Shown in pieces: positions 23,901-32,754 of a DNA stretch of 64,000 nt. The stretch is from a virus. The position numbers and the translations under genes were made by a program. The DNA is taken from the IMG/VR virus record IMGVR_UViG_3300044712_000557, positions 29,163 to 93,162 of that record; one strand, written 5' to 3'. How positions within the stretch are numbered: the stretch's first letter is position 1; every line of letters starts with the position of its first letter. Under the pieces are notes generated by a model. That model was not told the DNA's origin and did no database searches. It saw nothing but the letters and a program-made list of their open reading frames with translations.

Positions 23901-25483
23901 CTTGCGTTGATCTGCTTCCAGTTCGCAGGGTCTAGGCTGTCGCGCCCCTGAAACAGCTCTGCGTCGGTAGCCATCCCCGGTCGTCCACTTTCCGGCGGGA
24001 GATAGCCCTCATTGACTGGAGCTTTACTCCCACTTACGGCTCTGGCTAGCTTGGCCCCTAGTCTTTCTCCAGCCGCACCCATGCGCTTTCGAATTGCATA
24101 TCCTAGCGCTAGTCCCATGTATGGGCTACCCGTCAGTGCGGTTCCGGTCGCAGCTCCCCCAGCATAGCCCGCCACCTCGCCGGCCATCTTTCCAGCCTTA
24201 GGCAGGAAGGACGAGGCTTCCGATGTGGCCTGCGCAGATACAGGCTTTTCACCAACCGTCTCTACCCTCATCCCCGTTAGATTTGGATCCGGCGTACCTT
24301 CTGTGGCTACTGGCTTGTTGGACTTGTAAGCCTCTAGGGCCTTCGATACTACGTCCTTTGCACCATTAACTACGTCGCCCTGTGGCCCTACTCCCTCAGC
24401 TAGATGCTTACCAGAGTGAAGGGCGAAATATGCATCGGTGCCGGACCCCACGATGGCAGGCAGCGCCTTCTTCAGGTCGCCCTCAGCCAATGCCTCGCCA
24501 GCCTGTCCTCCCTGCTCGGCAGCTCCCATTGCCATAGTTGGAGTGAAGTAGCCAGAGATCGCCTTATTGGCAGCAGAAGCCGTCTTACCCGATGCTACGC
24601 GACCCTTTAGAAATGCTTTTGTCCTAGGATCAGCGGCAGAGAAAATCTCAGACAGAGGGCCGGCAGTAGAGGCTTCAGTCTTCTTGATTCCCTCTAGAGT
24701 CTTGGCAGCATTTGCTCCCCTAGCCGCCTCAGCACCAGAGAATCCCATAGCCAACATCGTGGGATCTCCACCGGCCATGGCTACGCCAAGATCAAAAGGC
24801 TTAGACGCAGCCTGCTCAAAAGAATTCATCCATGGATTCTGCTCGGCGATAGACTCCTGCACCTCAGTAGGAGATCCAGCCTCTGACTGAGGATCGAGGG
24901 CATGCACGTTTAGCCCGATGGAAGCGCGCAATCCACGGTTGACAGCCTCTGGGAGGCTCTTCGGAGCATCAGTCCTAGCCCATTCGTTCAAGCGAGTTTG
25001 AGCGCCACCACGACCAAGCTGATAGATAGGACTACCGTTGGGATCAAGACGAGTTCCAGTAACGGCCTCCATGAGGCCTCGGCGTTCTCCAGCCACCGGC
25101 TTGATATTTCTCCCGCCGGTCTGAATGGAATCGAGCACCCTGCCAAGTACGTCCGCAGGGATACCCATCGTGTCGCCTACAGCTCCGACTGTGGTGCCAG
25201 ACGCAGCCCTTACCGCATCGAGAGTTGGACTACCAGTTGATGGAGCAGGCTCAGATGTACTAGGAGCGTTCAGCCACGGAGAATTCTTGACCCCAGACGC
25301 AGCATCTCCAAGTTGGGCCATCATTCTCGTCCCAAGGCCAACTTCAGACTTTTGCTTCATGGCGTCTTGGAATTTGGCCATGGCGATCGGCTGAGTCTGA
25401 ATGGACTTCTCTAGGTCATCATCGTCCCAAGAATCAAACTCGCCTGGGAATACTTCCCTGATCTGCTTTGCTAGGATGCCCAT
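17909..25483 (-). CDS. large polyvalent ejection/internal virion protein with zincin-like motif and C-terminal SAM methyltransferase
   Basis: 2524 aa, last of the ejection series; HEFGH; CGPCYVESRR; FDWGSGKGAD..GYDP..TFVGNVI. Confidence 0.75.
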   Translation of the reverse strand: MGILAKQIREVFPGEFDSWDDDDLEKSIQTQPIAMAKFQDAMKQKSEVGLGTRMMAQLGDAASGVKNSPWLNAPSTSEPAPSTGSPTLDAVRAASGTTVGAVGDTMGIPADVLGRVLDSIQTGGRNIKPVAGERRGLMEAVTGTRLDPNGSPIYQLGRGGAQTRLNEWARTDAPKSLPEAVNRGLRASIGLNVHALDPQSEAGSPTEVQESIAEQNPWMNSFEQAASKPFDLGVAMAGGDPTMLAMGFSGAEAARGANAAKTLEGIKKTEASTAGPLSEIFSAADPRTKAFLKGRVASGKTASAANKAISGYFTPTMAMGAAEQGGQAGEALAEGDLKKALPAIVGSGTDAYFALHSGKHLAEGVGPQGDVVNGAKDVVSKALEAYKSNKPVATEGTPDPNLTGMRVETVGEKPVSAQATSEASSFLPKAGKMAGEVAGYAGGAATGTALTGSPYMGLALGYAIRKRMGAAGERLGAKLARAVSGSKAPVNEGYLPPESGRPGMATDAELFQGRDSLDPANWKQINASPDVGFIVEQLAATQGVDPKSITGAMAGSPEQLLAARAGLDPFAGRPATEFDQAAMEAPLNEGLAATQQADQAPPPSAVETLKQRKAQIAEQKAQAELDLLDKYEQNPGLEKMVKAYAKAYGMDPSEALEPAMKAYETQMAKARQREDLGIADNIANAEAAKGIKWGEPLQAPYSEPPIQLTPEQQSQLMAPDPWQSKTERGGLGGFTPEEQAQLLGMLAPEVRGESPRVVPGAPERNAAEVAAADPFQQTPHTPLADVTKTMKEAGVPEPEVSKGEQRAKDLGIGRNEQDFHPEYDRTVEEWRTGKLTQRKKNKDTGVVEDVPIPQDEAGSKIMRAIARDRAVKAIVAERENAKQNATAGAIAGSGMSTSPQAAMDALVAESQGNAGAIRARLIKRHVDQATFEPLLQDSLKRYREQKGKALVEPKAEQPTGPTGIEGKFAETQSKGLDALDLPALARLRDQLEAAAKTEEHPVDAANLQADIKAVDAVIERKASEPPAPDPPPAPPEAPAPAPTKKSKRVNVKKILADEGQRKDMMSSTIQATQAREGIETTREQAEAAYDKVRAEKTGKKTPKKAPVEAQAAPEATPVAEVAPETAPEAKTAPRTARTPEQVDQIKALVNKRDFAAAAKLARETAPNPDAKDIHGNRIGYVHPDGSMITSIDSDGTPSRVRPSVKKEFVEGGGKQYSLAEDYQKTKEKPELRMPPKVEGPFRAEPATKVMGGIKQALRKAGDTAKSYLVDSDKLPYLPGGFGVEEGNLGKSKLHGPDGESVSVRLRKGKVEMWHLDKGEGENSAAMIQAVREFAEANGADKIIFPSSNKVGVSEGIVTKAAIAMRDRLAARGEGRWLENGQFELNVKEHALSDLVESRRPLVTPTQIIRSLPDNFKKSAYVDETDGSLVIETPGGNIRIIPKDRIEVDPSTLAGEYSPGAIEGVRAGKMVAEGLKTVLDKEAIIEVVRKGSIPHEFGHVFLDHFATPKERAVLQKKYGPIAEAANRGVDEVISDAYREYFNRRQANPQWQPQGVIGKYFKKVSDFFTTALRAVHPDPESIFESMSTGKAFEREASNAGMKAKGYEAYGIEPKASVGPKPLRSSTGSMLERAGNIAQPRSGQKGLLETQKTDLKPRMGKQSPADEPLFNAGSKGEGVVQKNGVVMTRGAVAPAKYSTRTVNETMYAARKANKKVKAFTEKQMQSFEADLRSVAAAVNADPDRLDFVALNGATGIKKNGDPRYPVSEDYTTMCRRRYKLSDTVDAIQKARGKMLEADDILKIRRMLEDKGHEVNCGPCYVESRRIKMDTAINKAIEGYEIKTGKGKGQIAQLTAENAKLALTQEGRNKMFVDDPEQYAVLSAAFAGLNAKVPIGRAEYKGEYLSMKQSQIDKMNRYSGARSNSWSDFEVPHLLDKMQAVMDKALRGLKGQAYTKEIEYVESMKDTNEMINCSVIPEGDGFNPDGSLRFNKRESIRNMKRAYELRDKYDNVGVEAIGISDKHIKALLASKDIDYVIPYHDSGLSREHQLVNRMENWKDYSEEQNWRSAKTGEKVGLDPEKVAFDQFSEQHLPKIDAKTMAAKIAEGTAKGAKNPQAYAESRLLKEAWDKLDAKDRQERIDTAPVEIFIDEWQGDLKKLDALCKQRGVKPPFERMRNWPGYEKLLTDRRIWDKNGKFIKQQKIQFKFDMPYINKMMAEYKGGHDSNQADKNVVRDFMAGNAPEAAPDKSPFSEDTLTQMRKAAAKSLGVAEPDKKTIPLRKAPSQASLSELPKQYGRPVPYSKEWNPRKYTEEQVVANAGRTAMARSGSSSHAKAIGEAIKGKTVFDWGSGKGADLKHYEEAGAANVKGYDPTHSPTKPEGMADIVTNTFVGNVIPPNMRHSMWIEAMGRAKDKMYVAVRAEKNMGGEPIFDGVLMGPPPKDGAKDTRTFQKFYQPGELVDELKALFPGHTVEPGVKTGLSSVSTAVVSRNRPSYPNRPRGAFETQSKYYSRTALGKPKGSGSGPKAK

Positions 25484-26961
25484 TACTTGCGTCCCCCAAC
25501 ACTGACTACCCCAAGAGAGTTCTTACCTTGCAGTGATTCCTTGCCCATCTTCAGCTTCCACCCAGCACTGTCGTGGTTATAGTTCCAGTTGCCACCAAAC
25601 ATCGGCGTGTCTTGAACCGATGGCACACCAAAGGCGCTCTTCCACACCTCTTCTTGGGCGTCTGCTCGCTGCTCGATAGCGGCCTTGAAGCTGTCAATGA
25701 TAGCTTGACGCTCTGCTGGTGCAGTAGTCGTATCCCTTAGAATGGCGAATGCCCTATTGTCCTCGTTTGTAGGCGCTCCACCCTTCAATGTCGCAATGTA
25801 CTCATTGATGACCGTGTTGGCCAAAGCCTCATAGGCACGCAGTGGACCCTTCTTGCCGGCACGGGTGAATCTCTGATCTAGCGAGTTGATAGTCTGCCAG
25901 TCGCTGTTGGCCAAATGCTTATTGATCTCATCGGATGCGGACTGCAATTCGTCCAAGTGCCCCGCGAACTGGTTGATTCTTGTGATCTGTCCACCACGGC
26001 TGCTCTGGGAGCCCTTAACGACGTCCTTGCGCAGGGCCTCCCTTTCTCCCACAACCTGCATATTAAGCTTGGGGTTATACTTCCAAGCCATCTGCTGTAG
26101 AAGGTTTACGTTGGTTCCAGCCCTCGGCCGAATGCCACGACCCTCAGTGAAGGCCACAACCATGTCGCGATACTGCTGAGGGATCGTACTCGGATCGCCC
26201 GGAACGATACTATCCAGCATGGCATTATCGGCGGCATCCTTCTCGGCCTTAATGTCTGATGGAGACTTCTTGTTCATCATTGCGCTGAGTCGAGCATTGG
26301 CCATACGCTCCTGAGACGCGAGGCGCTCATCGGCCTGGAGGTCGGCCATGTGCTGTCGATATAGACCCATGATCGTAGCTGGAACCACATCTTCGTAGTG
26401 GCCCAGGCCTAGCTTGTCCAAGGACGCTGTCAGCTCAGGAGTAGCAACTACTACCTGCCCGCTATCGATGCGTTCACGCTTCTTCTGAGCCTCAGCCTGC
26501 TGTCCTCCCCAGTCGGCAATCCCCGTCGACTTTCCAAACTGCTTCGTGCGAACGAGCTTCTTCTTAGTGATGGTTCCGGCCGGAATTTCCTTTCCAGTCG
26601 TGGGATCTAATCCCGGAGGCCCGGCCAGCTCTTCCGTGTAGTCCTGGGTGAACTCCGGGATTTTCATCGCCTCTTCTACAGGCAGAACCCTGGCGTTCTC
26701 TTCGAACTGCTTCGCCAGCATCGCATCCGTCTTGTCCTGACGGTCTTCCTTCATCCATTGATGCTGCTGAGCCTGCTGAGCCATCATCTCTGCGCGGATC
26801 TTGTTCTCCTGCGCCTGCTCAGCTTCGAACTTCTTCTGCTTCTGGTATTCCTGATAGTAGCCGAGAACCTGCCCTAGGCCCCTGTTGATGGCATCACCAG
26901 CAACCGACCAAGTGCTTCCGTAGTTTGGAGCGCGGCCCGCTTCAATTACATTCGTCGGCAT
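25483..26961 (-). CDS. putative ejection (internal virion) protein
   Basis: Gln/Ala-rich helical; position in podovirus gene order. Confidence 0.6.
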   Translation of the reverse strand: MPTNVIEAGRAPNYGSTWSVAGDAINRGLGQVLGYYQEYQKQKKFEAEQAQENKIRAEMMAQQAQQHQWMKEDRQDKTDAMLAKQFEENARVLPVEEAMKIPEFTQDYTEELAGPPGLDPTTGKEIPAGTITKKKLVRTKQFGKSTGIADWGGQQAEAQKKRERIDSGQVVVATPELTASLDKLGLGHYEDVVPATIMGLYRQHMADLQADERLASQERMANARLSAMMNKKSPSDIKAEKDAADNAMLDSIVPGDPSTIPQQYRDMVVAFTEGRGIRPRAGTNVNLLQQMAWKYNPKLNMQVVGEREALRKDVVKGSQSSRGGQITRINQFAGHLDELQSASDEINKHLANSDWQTINSLDQRFTRAGKKGPLRAYEALANTVINEYIATLKGGAPTNEDNRAFAILRDTTTAPAERQAIIDSFKAAIEQRADAQEEVWKSAFGVPSVQDTPMFGGNWNYNHDSAGWKLKMGKESLQGKNSLGVVSVGGRK

Positions 26962-26970
26962 AGCTACCTC

Positions 26971-27378
26971 TTACTGTCCACCATACTGGAATGTCTTGAA
27001 GGCCCCAGAGGCCTGAGGGAATAGCTGCGGGAAGCGCTGAGCAAAGACGCTAGAAAGGCCCTTCCCCATCATCATTCCGCGCTGCATTACTGGTGCTGGT
27101 GCCGAAGCCGTTACGGCGTCCATCGTAGCCTGTGGGTCACCTAGGATCCCAATAGGCATGGCCTGGGTATCTACCCCAAGATTACTCATGGGGTCGATAG
27201 GCGCAGGAGCCACTACTGGAGGAGGAGCGGCTGCCCTCTTAGCAGCATCGGCCGCACTCTTCGCAGCGAACGCCTGCCCCAGAAGGGCTCCTAGCCCCTG
27301 CAGGCCCGATCCCATGGCTCCCCAGGTACTTCCAGCGGTCGTAGATGGAGCTTGGCTTCCGATGATGTTCGTAGGCAT
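26971..27378 (-). CDS. putative small ejection protein
   Basis: N-terminus MPTNII..GSTW resembles the next gene's MPTNVI..GSTW. Confidence 0.55.
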   Translation of the reverse strand: MPTNIIGSQAPSTTAGSTWGAMGSGLQGLGALLGQAFAAKSAADAAKRAAAPPPVVAPAPIDPMSNLGVDTQAMPIGILGDPQATMDAVTASAPAPVMQRGMMMGKGLSSVFAQRFPQLFPQASGAFKTFQYGGQ

Positions 27379-28097
27379 TAGACCACCACTTCCTTGTTAA
27401 CCGGGCTACCAGCGCGAAGGGCAGCCAGCATCGTTCCGTAGTCTGGCCCGCCGGTCGTGGTGCCGCCGCCCCTGGAGTTCTGGGTCTGCTTTGTATTCGT
27501 ACGCTGATACAGATTCTTCAGTACGCTCGTTAGGTCGCCGAATGCCTGTCTACGATTATCCTGAGACTTCTGCCCAATCGCATTGTTGTTAGCCAGCCTC
27601 TGCGCGTTGAGAGCCTGGGTGGCCCCAACCTTCATCATGCTGGGGTTGACTCCCATTCGAGCCGCCTGATTGTTGATCGTGCGATTAACGTTCTGACCCT
27701 GTGATGCTAGATCTCGCTCTGCGGCAGCCTTCTGCTCGGCTAGAAGGTTGTTCACCTCAAAAGGAGCATTGCGAGCAGCCGTCAGGACATCCCCGGCCGC
27801 AGCATTCCCCTCAGGACCAAAGTCCATCGACTGCGTAGAGTCGGAGTTGGAGTTCTGCCAGCTAGAGTTGGTCGTTGTCTGTGGTCCAGAAGCTCCTGCC
27901 ATAATGCTGCTCAGGGAACCAGTGATCTGGTCCTGATAGGCTTTATTGGTAGCGTAGTTCTCATCAACTACGGCCTGGATAGCAGCCTTCCTGGCCGCAT
28001 CCGCCTTCTCCTGGGCTGACATTGCCTTGTGCTGTCCGATGGCGTTCATCCCCATTCCAACGAGGCTTACTGCGGCTGGAACTGCGACTGCTGGCAT
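27378..28097 (-). CDS. putative ejection protein
   Basis: Ala/Gly/Gln-rich, hydrophobic N-terminus. Confidence 0.6.
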   Translation of the reverse strand: MPAVAVPAAVSLVGMGMNAIGQHKAMSAQEKADAARKAAIQAVVDENYATNKAYQDQITGSLSSIMAGASGPQTTTNSSWQNSNSDSTQSMDFGPEGNAAAGDVLTAARNAPFEVNNLLAEQKAAAERDLASQGQNVNRTINNQAARMGVNPSMMKVGATQALNAQRLANNNAIGQKSQDNRRQAFGDLTSVLKNLYQRTNTKQTQNSRGGGTTTGGPDYGTMLAALRAGSPVNKEVVV

Positions 28098-28100
28098 GTG

Positions 28101-28475
28101 TTACTCCTTTGAGGCGTCCCAATAATAAAGGGTACCATCGACCTTCTTGCCACCGAACCAGTGGGCAAACTTCTTTAGAACGGGAGTGGAATCAAGCACT
28201 ACCGTGTATACGCAGGCGATGTTGGAGGCCTTAATCATGGCCTTCATGTGCTCTGCCATCCTTCTCAAGATGGTCATAGACTTACGGTAGTCTTCTCTGA
28301 CCCAGAAGGGCTCAATGTGGACCATGGCAAACATCGTCCAGGTGGCTACGACCTCTCCCTGCTCATTGAATGCAGCCAGGATTCTGGAGTTCCCCGCCTC
28401 ATATACGTCAGACCCAGGCACTTCTCTAGGAGCTAAGTGGAACTCGTCCGGCTCAAGTTCTCGATAGGTGATCAT
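28101..28475 (-). CDS. GNAT-fold acetyltransferase-like virion assembly protein
   Basis: HIEPFWVREDYRK; usual position before ejection genes. Confidence 0.6.
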   Translation of the reverse strand: MITYRELEPDEFHLAPREVPGSDVYEAGNSRILAAFNEQGEVVATWTMFAMVHIEPFWVREDYRKSMTILRRMAEHMKAMIKASNIACVYTVVLDSTPVLKKFAHWFGGKKVDGTLYYWDASKE

Positions 28476-31172
28476 CTAGAATGTCTTCCAGTCTCGACGG
28501 ATCCAATCCATGGTCCAATGGGCAACAGTAGTAGCTCCATATTGGTCTAGCTGCAGATTGAAGTGATGCACCGTCATGGTCTTAGTGTATGTCCCTACCT
28601 GGAACCATACTTCTCCGTCCAACGACCCCCACACCGACCAGACAGACCCAGTCCTCTGAAGATGGATATATGAGACATGCAGCGCTGCTACGGCCTGACT
28701 GGATCGATTGTATGTCCAGCTACTGCTATCCTTCGTTGCCAGTCTGAACCCCCATCCTCCATAGTACTGAGCGTATGCCATAACGGCATCGCTTTCATCG
28801 CTGTCATAGGCTATCAACCTAACGTTCTGATAGCTAGTAAATGGAGTGATGCCAAACTTCCACGTCAGAGAAAAGTCTCCAGCGGGGGCGTACGCCTGGG
28901 AGATTTCCCACGTAGCGTTTCCGGGCAGCTTCAGCGTAATCCTAGACGATGGAGAATTATAGGCAATCACCGGAGATCCAGTGTTGATCGTAACGCTCCA
29001 TTTGGCGTCTAGGCTGCTACCCGTAAACTCGTCATCCTGGGTATTAGGAGATCCAGGAGGAGTGTCGGGACTCCACAAGCTAGACCCTCCAGATGCGGCC
29101 ACCGTAACGTTTACTCGGTCGTTGCCCGCGTCATCGGCCACCGTTAGCGTTACGTTAGATCCCTCTACTAGGTTTACATTCTTTCGGGTACCTACAAGTG
29201 ATCCGGCCTTAGAGACTTGGATCTTCTGCGCATCGGCCAACAACCCCGAAAGCCCCGTTACTCCGATTTCGTCTGCCCCACCATCCTGATGAGACGAGGC
29301 GTGTGATGCAGGAGTTCCTGCCGCCGCTGGCTTCCAAGTAGACGTAGCTGACTCGTATGCCAGCACATTAGTGTTGGCTGCGCCAGCAGTATCAACGTCA
29401 GTCAGATCGTTTAGAGCGCTAGCTCCACCGCCGCCACCAGTGCTCCATACCACGCCACCAGCTCCATTGGGGGCCAGCCTCTTACTTGTGTCCGTCTCGG
29501 AGGCACTCATCGCCGTGATAGGGTGAGCCGGGAAGTCGCTTCGCCCACTAAGAGAATTGTGAACTGTTGCGCTCCCAGACTGAGTTATCTGAATCCCCTT
29601 GGCGTGGATGAGGGTCACTGCCACGATCCGCGACTTATGCGTTCCTGCATATGTAGATTTACAGTGAAGCGTCAACTTCGCAATCGGCACTACCTCTTCG
29701 AATGGCAACGTGCCCCAGGATAGAGTTAGGTAGTCCTCCCCCTGAGCTGACGCCAATGTTGCATGGGTAGCTTGTCCTGGAATCCACGCGAACTGTTTGG
29801 CAGCAACGTTGCATGGATGCGCCGCCAGGAACACGTTCATATAGTTCCCGCTGGATAGCCCGTCCATCTCCGTGAGCTGCCAAGCTCCACCAGTTAGCTG
29901 GTTCCACTTCGGGTATGTTGTCCCGCTGATGAACGGGAAGGTTGGAGTGTCATCCCAGACCCATTCTCCCGTGGCTCCAGTACGGTACATGACATGGTAT
30001 GGACCGCCATCAGATACGGCAGACAGGGTTCTAACTACGTCCTCGTCGGCGATGATTGCCGAAGCTACAGCGGGCGTAATCGCCGCATCGGAGTCAGTAT
30101 CCAGCGTGTACCCAGTGATTGCTGCTCCTGAGATTAACTCCGTCCCCTCAGTGAAGTGGTGAGTATAATGCTCCCAGATATCCCTCTCGGCACCATGGGC
30201 TTCGAAGTAGGAGATCCCATCAGAGAGCGTATTGGAATAATAGACCGCAGCTACTGGAATAACCGTGCGGTCCAAGATGGACCATGGGGTGGCCACGGCA
30301 CTTACGGACAATACTCCGCTTGCATTGTAGTAGAAGTAGTACATGCCCGTAGATGTGCCATGCCCAGTCCCAGCGGTTTCTGTGGTCTTGACATACTTCA
30401 CGCCATCAATCCAGATGGTGAAGTTCGCACCGGTTGGAGTAACCGTGATCTTGCGAGTAGTCTTGTCGTAAGAGATCGTTACCAGGGCCGATCCATCGGT
30501 AGCCCTCTTGAATCCATGCTTCCTCTGGTAAAGATCGTGGTCATCATCGCCTAATCCCGTTAGGGCCAATCCATGATCCAGAGTGCCGCAGTTCGCAGCA
30601 TTCTGGTGCGTGTGATCTGGCACCTCAGAAGCTAGCCCCCCAGACGCCTCTTCTTTTAGGTATTGAGTATGGTCATCATCCAGGAGTCCGGCGATATCAC
30701 TGCCGTGATCGATCTGCCTAGGCTCGCCATAGTTGGAGCTGGCATTCCAGAATACAACATCCTTATCAACAAGAGTCTCTCTATTGATATTGGAAAGCTC
30801 ATACATGGACGGCAGTACAGTGATGTTTACTGCAACATCAAAAATACCGCCACCATGCCCGTACGATACGGTGCCGATCATCACCTGTGGCGTGGGGGCT
30901 ACCGGACGAGTATTGGTTAGCACCCCACCAAGCTTGGCCCAGAGAGTGTCTCCTACGGCCCATGTGTCTCCGCTGGTCTGCGTCATAGACCTAAGTAGGC
31001 CCTTGCGCAATACCCATACCTTTTGCCCAACTGTAGAGTCGGACATCGTAACGCCGGCAATTTTGTGGCCGTTGGATAGCCCTGGCTTTTCTGCTGCGCC
31101 TGACCATACCTGGATAGTGGGAGTAGCCCCTCCCGATCCGCCATGCTGGACGACAGTTCCCCTTAGGATCAC
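28476..31172 (-). CDS. tail fibre/receptor-binding protein with C-terminal lectin-like domain
   Basis: GLLDDDHTQY repeats, LNDLTDV, HASSHQDGGADEI, DDEFTGSSLDAKW. Confidence 0.75.
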   Translation of the reverse strand: MILRGTVVQHGGSGGATPTIQVWSGAAEKPGLSNGHKIAGVTMSDSTVGQKVWVLRKGLLRSMTQTSGDTWAVGDTLWAKLGGVLTNTRPVAPTPQVMIGTVSYGHGGGIFDVAVNITVLPSMYELSNINRETLVDKDVVFWNASSNYGEPRQIDHGSDIAGLLDDDHTQYLKEEASGGLASEVPDHTHQNAANCGTLDHGLALTGLGDDDHDLYQRKHGFKRATDGSALVTISYDKTTRKITVTPTGANFTIWIDGVKYVKTTETAGTGHGTSTGMYYFYYNASGVLSVSAVATPWSILDRTVIPVAAVYYSNTLSDGISYFEAHGAERDIWEHYTHHFTEGTELISGAAITGYTLDTDSDAAITPAVASAIIADEDVVRTLSAVSDGGPYHVMYRTGATGEWVWDDTPTFPFISGTTYPKWNQLTGGAWQLTEMDGLSSGNYMNVFLAAHPCNVAAKQFAWIPGQATHATLASAQGEDYLTLSWGTLPFEEVVPIAKLTLHCKSTYAGTHKSRIVAVTLIHAKGIQITQSGSATVHNSLSGRSDFPAHPITAMSASETDTSKRLAPNGAGGVVWSTGGGGGASALNDLTDVDTAGAANTNVLAYESATSTWKPAAAGTPASHASSHQDGGADEIGVTGLSGLLADAQKIQVSKAGSLVGTRKNVNLVEGSNVTLTVADDAGNDRVNVTVAASGGSSLWSPDTPPGSPNTQDDEFTGSSLDAKWSVTINTGSPVIAYNSPSSRITLKLPGNATWEISQAYAPAGDFSLTWKFGITPFTSYQNVRLIAYDSDESDAVMAYAQYYGGWGFRLATKDSSSWTYNRSSQAVAALHVSYIHLQRTGSVWSVWGSLDGEVWFQVGTYTKTMTVHHFNLQLDQYGATTVAHWTMDWIRRDWKTF

Positions 31173-31892
31173 TTACGGCCTCCATCCGGCAAAGATATAC
31201 TCTGGCGTTCCAGCGCCCACTCTTCCTTGCCAACGATAATTAGTTCCACCATTTGGAGATGTTCCAAGCGCGGTATACCTAGCGGATGTTCCTATATTCA
31301 GAGCTGTGACGCCGCTGAAGTATGGAACCCCGGAGACATCGTATGGGTTTACGGTCTGGTTGCTGAAGACATGATCGGGCCAGTTGCTCTGAGTGATTCC
31401 GAAGGCCGTGTATAGCGGGATAGAGTAGCTGGGGAAACTGTTAGCATCAACTCCATGGATAACCGTGCCGCCAGCAAGAATAAAATCCCTCACGGAATTA
31501 TTTCCAGTTGTAATGTAGTCTGGGCCTGGGGCAATCTCTAGGTAATTAAGGCCGTTATAGATGAATACGTCATGAGTGCTCACAGATAGCGGCGTTGTTT
31601 TATTGCTAGCATTCCTATCCGTGATGGTATGACCCTGCGAGGCTAGCCAAGCCTTAAAGGTTGGGTCAATGCTCACATCGAACAAGATACGCTTAGCACC
31701 AGCCCCGGCCATTGCGGTAATGACATTCGTAGTAAGCGCCTGTATCGATGCTGCCTGCGCCTCATAGGATTCTGATCCTGGAGGCCAGTGTGTCCAGAAA
31801 AGATTGTCCCCAATTCCGAATAGGCCACCGGGCTGCTCGGAGTTCTGAGCTAAGAACGCCTCCCAACCTAGGGCCAACTTAACGTCTGTCAT
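31173..31892 (-). CDS. hypothetical tail-associated protein (DUF4350/GATase-like)
   Basis: VRDFILAGGTVI; lower GC. Confidence 0.5.
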   Translation of the reverse strand: MTDVKLALGWEAFLAQNSEQPGGLFGIGDNLFWTHWPPGSESYEAQAASIQALTTNVITAMAGAGAKRILFDVSIDPTFKAWLASQGHTITDRNASNKTTPLSVSTHDVFIYNGLNYLEIAPGPDYITTGNNSVRDFILAGGTVIHGVDANSFPSYSIPLYTAFGITQSNWPDHVFSNQTVNPYDVSGVPYFSGVTALNIGTSARYTALGTSPNGGTNYRWQGRVGAGTPEYIFAGWRP

Positions 31893-31893
31893 G

Positions 31894-32754
31894 CTATACC
31901 CCGCTTGCCACGTAGGCTACCAACGTGCCCTCTAAAGTGTCCCAGGACATTAGGCCTTCGCCCGCAGCATAATCAACCCCAGCCTCAACAGCGGAATTCC
32001 ATTCTACCCTAGATGGGTTGTCGATTACTGACTTCGTAGGCTCAGTATTGAACTGCACTCTTTCTAGCCCGTCGACTCTGGCTTCATCGTTCACATCATC
32101 CCCGGCCATATGGATAGCACGCGGATTATCAATGCGTCCTTCCCCTGTGCCAGAGACAGACATGTCGATGTGCTTAACGCCTGTTATCTCTCCATCTCCG
32201 GTCATGTAAATGGTACGAGCCTGATCGATGATGGCGTGTCCGACTCCACCAGTAAAGACTAGATCCTTAACGTCTCCGATAGCATTGCCGCCCATATCGA
32301 GGTCGCCCAGCATGTCCTGGGCTCCAGACCTAGCGAGCTTCTCGCTATCCAGCTCTTCAATGGCAGCCTTAACATTGACAGCAGATACATATCCAGACCC
32401 AACATGCGTAATCTGGTCAGATGGGTGCGTGTGTGGTCCTGGGGTGCCTCCAGAGGCCACCGACCAGCTACCATCCTCCCTGAGGAACTTCGTGGTCCCA
32501 GGGGTGACTCCGGGGTCGGGAACGTAGCCATGCATGTGGGCAGGGCCACTGCCACGGAAGACGTCATTGGGGTCTAGGTAGGTGGGAGTCTTGCCAAGGC
32601 GCACTACGGCCCCCTGAAGCTCCTCTACGGCCTTCGGAGAGGGCATGGCGGCCTTGGCGTCGGCCAGGGCCTTCTTTAGCTCCCGGATTTCGTCATTCAA
32701 CTCCCGGATTGAAACCTTGACGTCCAGCGATGCTTCCTGTGGAACGCGTGCCAT
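31894..32754 (-). CDS. tail fibre-like protein
   Basis: KFLREDGSW, HTH, NVKAAIEEL, MLGDLDMGGNAI fibre motifs. Confidence 0.65.
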   Translation of the reverse strand: MARVPQEASLDVKVSIRELNDEIRELKKALADAKAAMPSPKAVEELQGAVVRLGKTPTYLDPNDVFRGSGPAHMHGYVPDPGVTPGTTKFLREDGSWSVASGGTPGPHTHPSDQITHVGSGYVSAVNVKAAIEELDSEKLARSGAQDMLGDLDMGGNAIGDVKDLVFTGGVGHAIIDQARTIYMTGDGEITGVKHIDMSVSGTGEGRIDNPRAIHMAGDDVNDEARVDGLERVQFNTEPTKSVIDNPSRVEWNSAVEAGVDYAAGEGLMSWDTLEGTLVAYVASGV

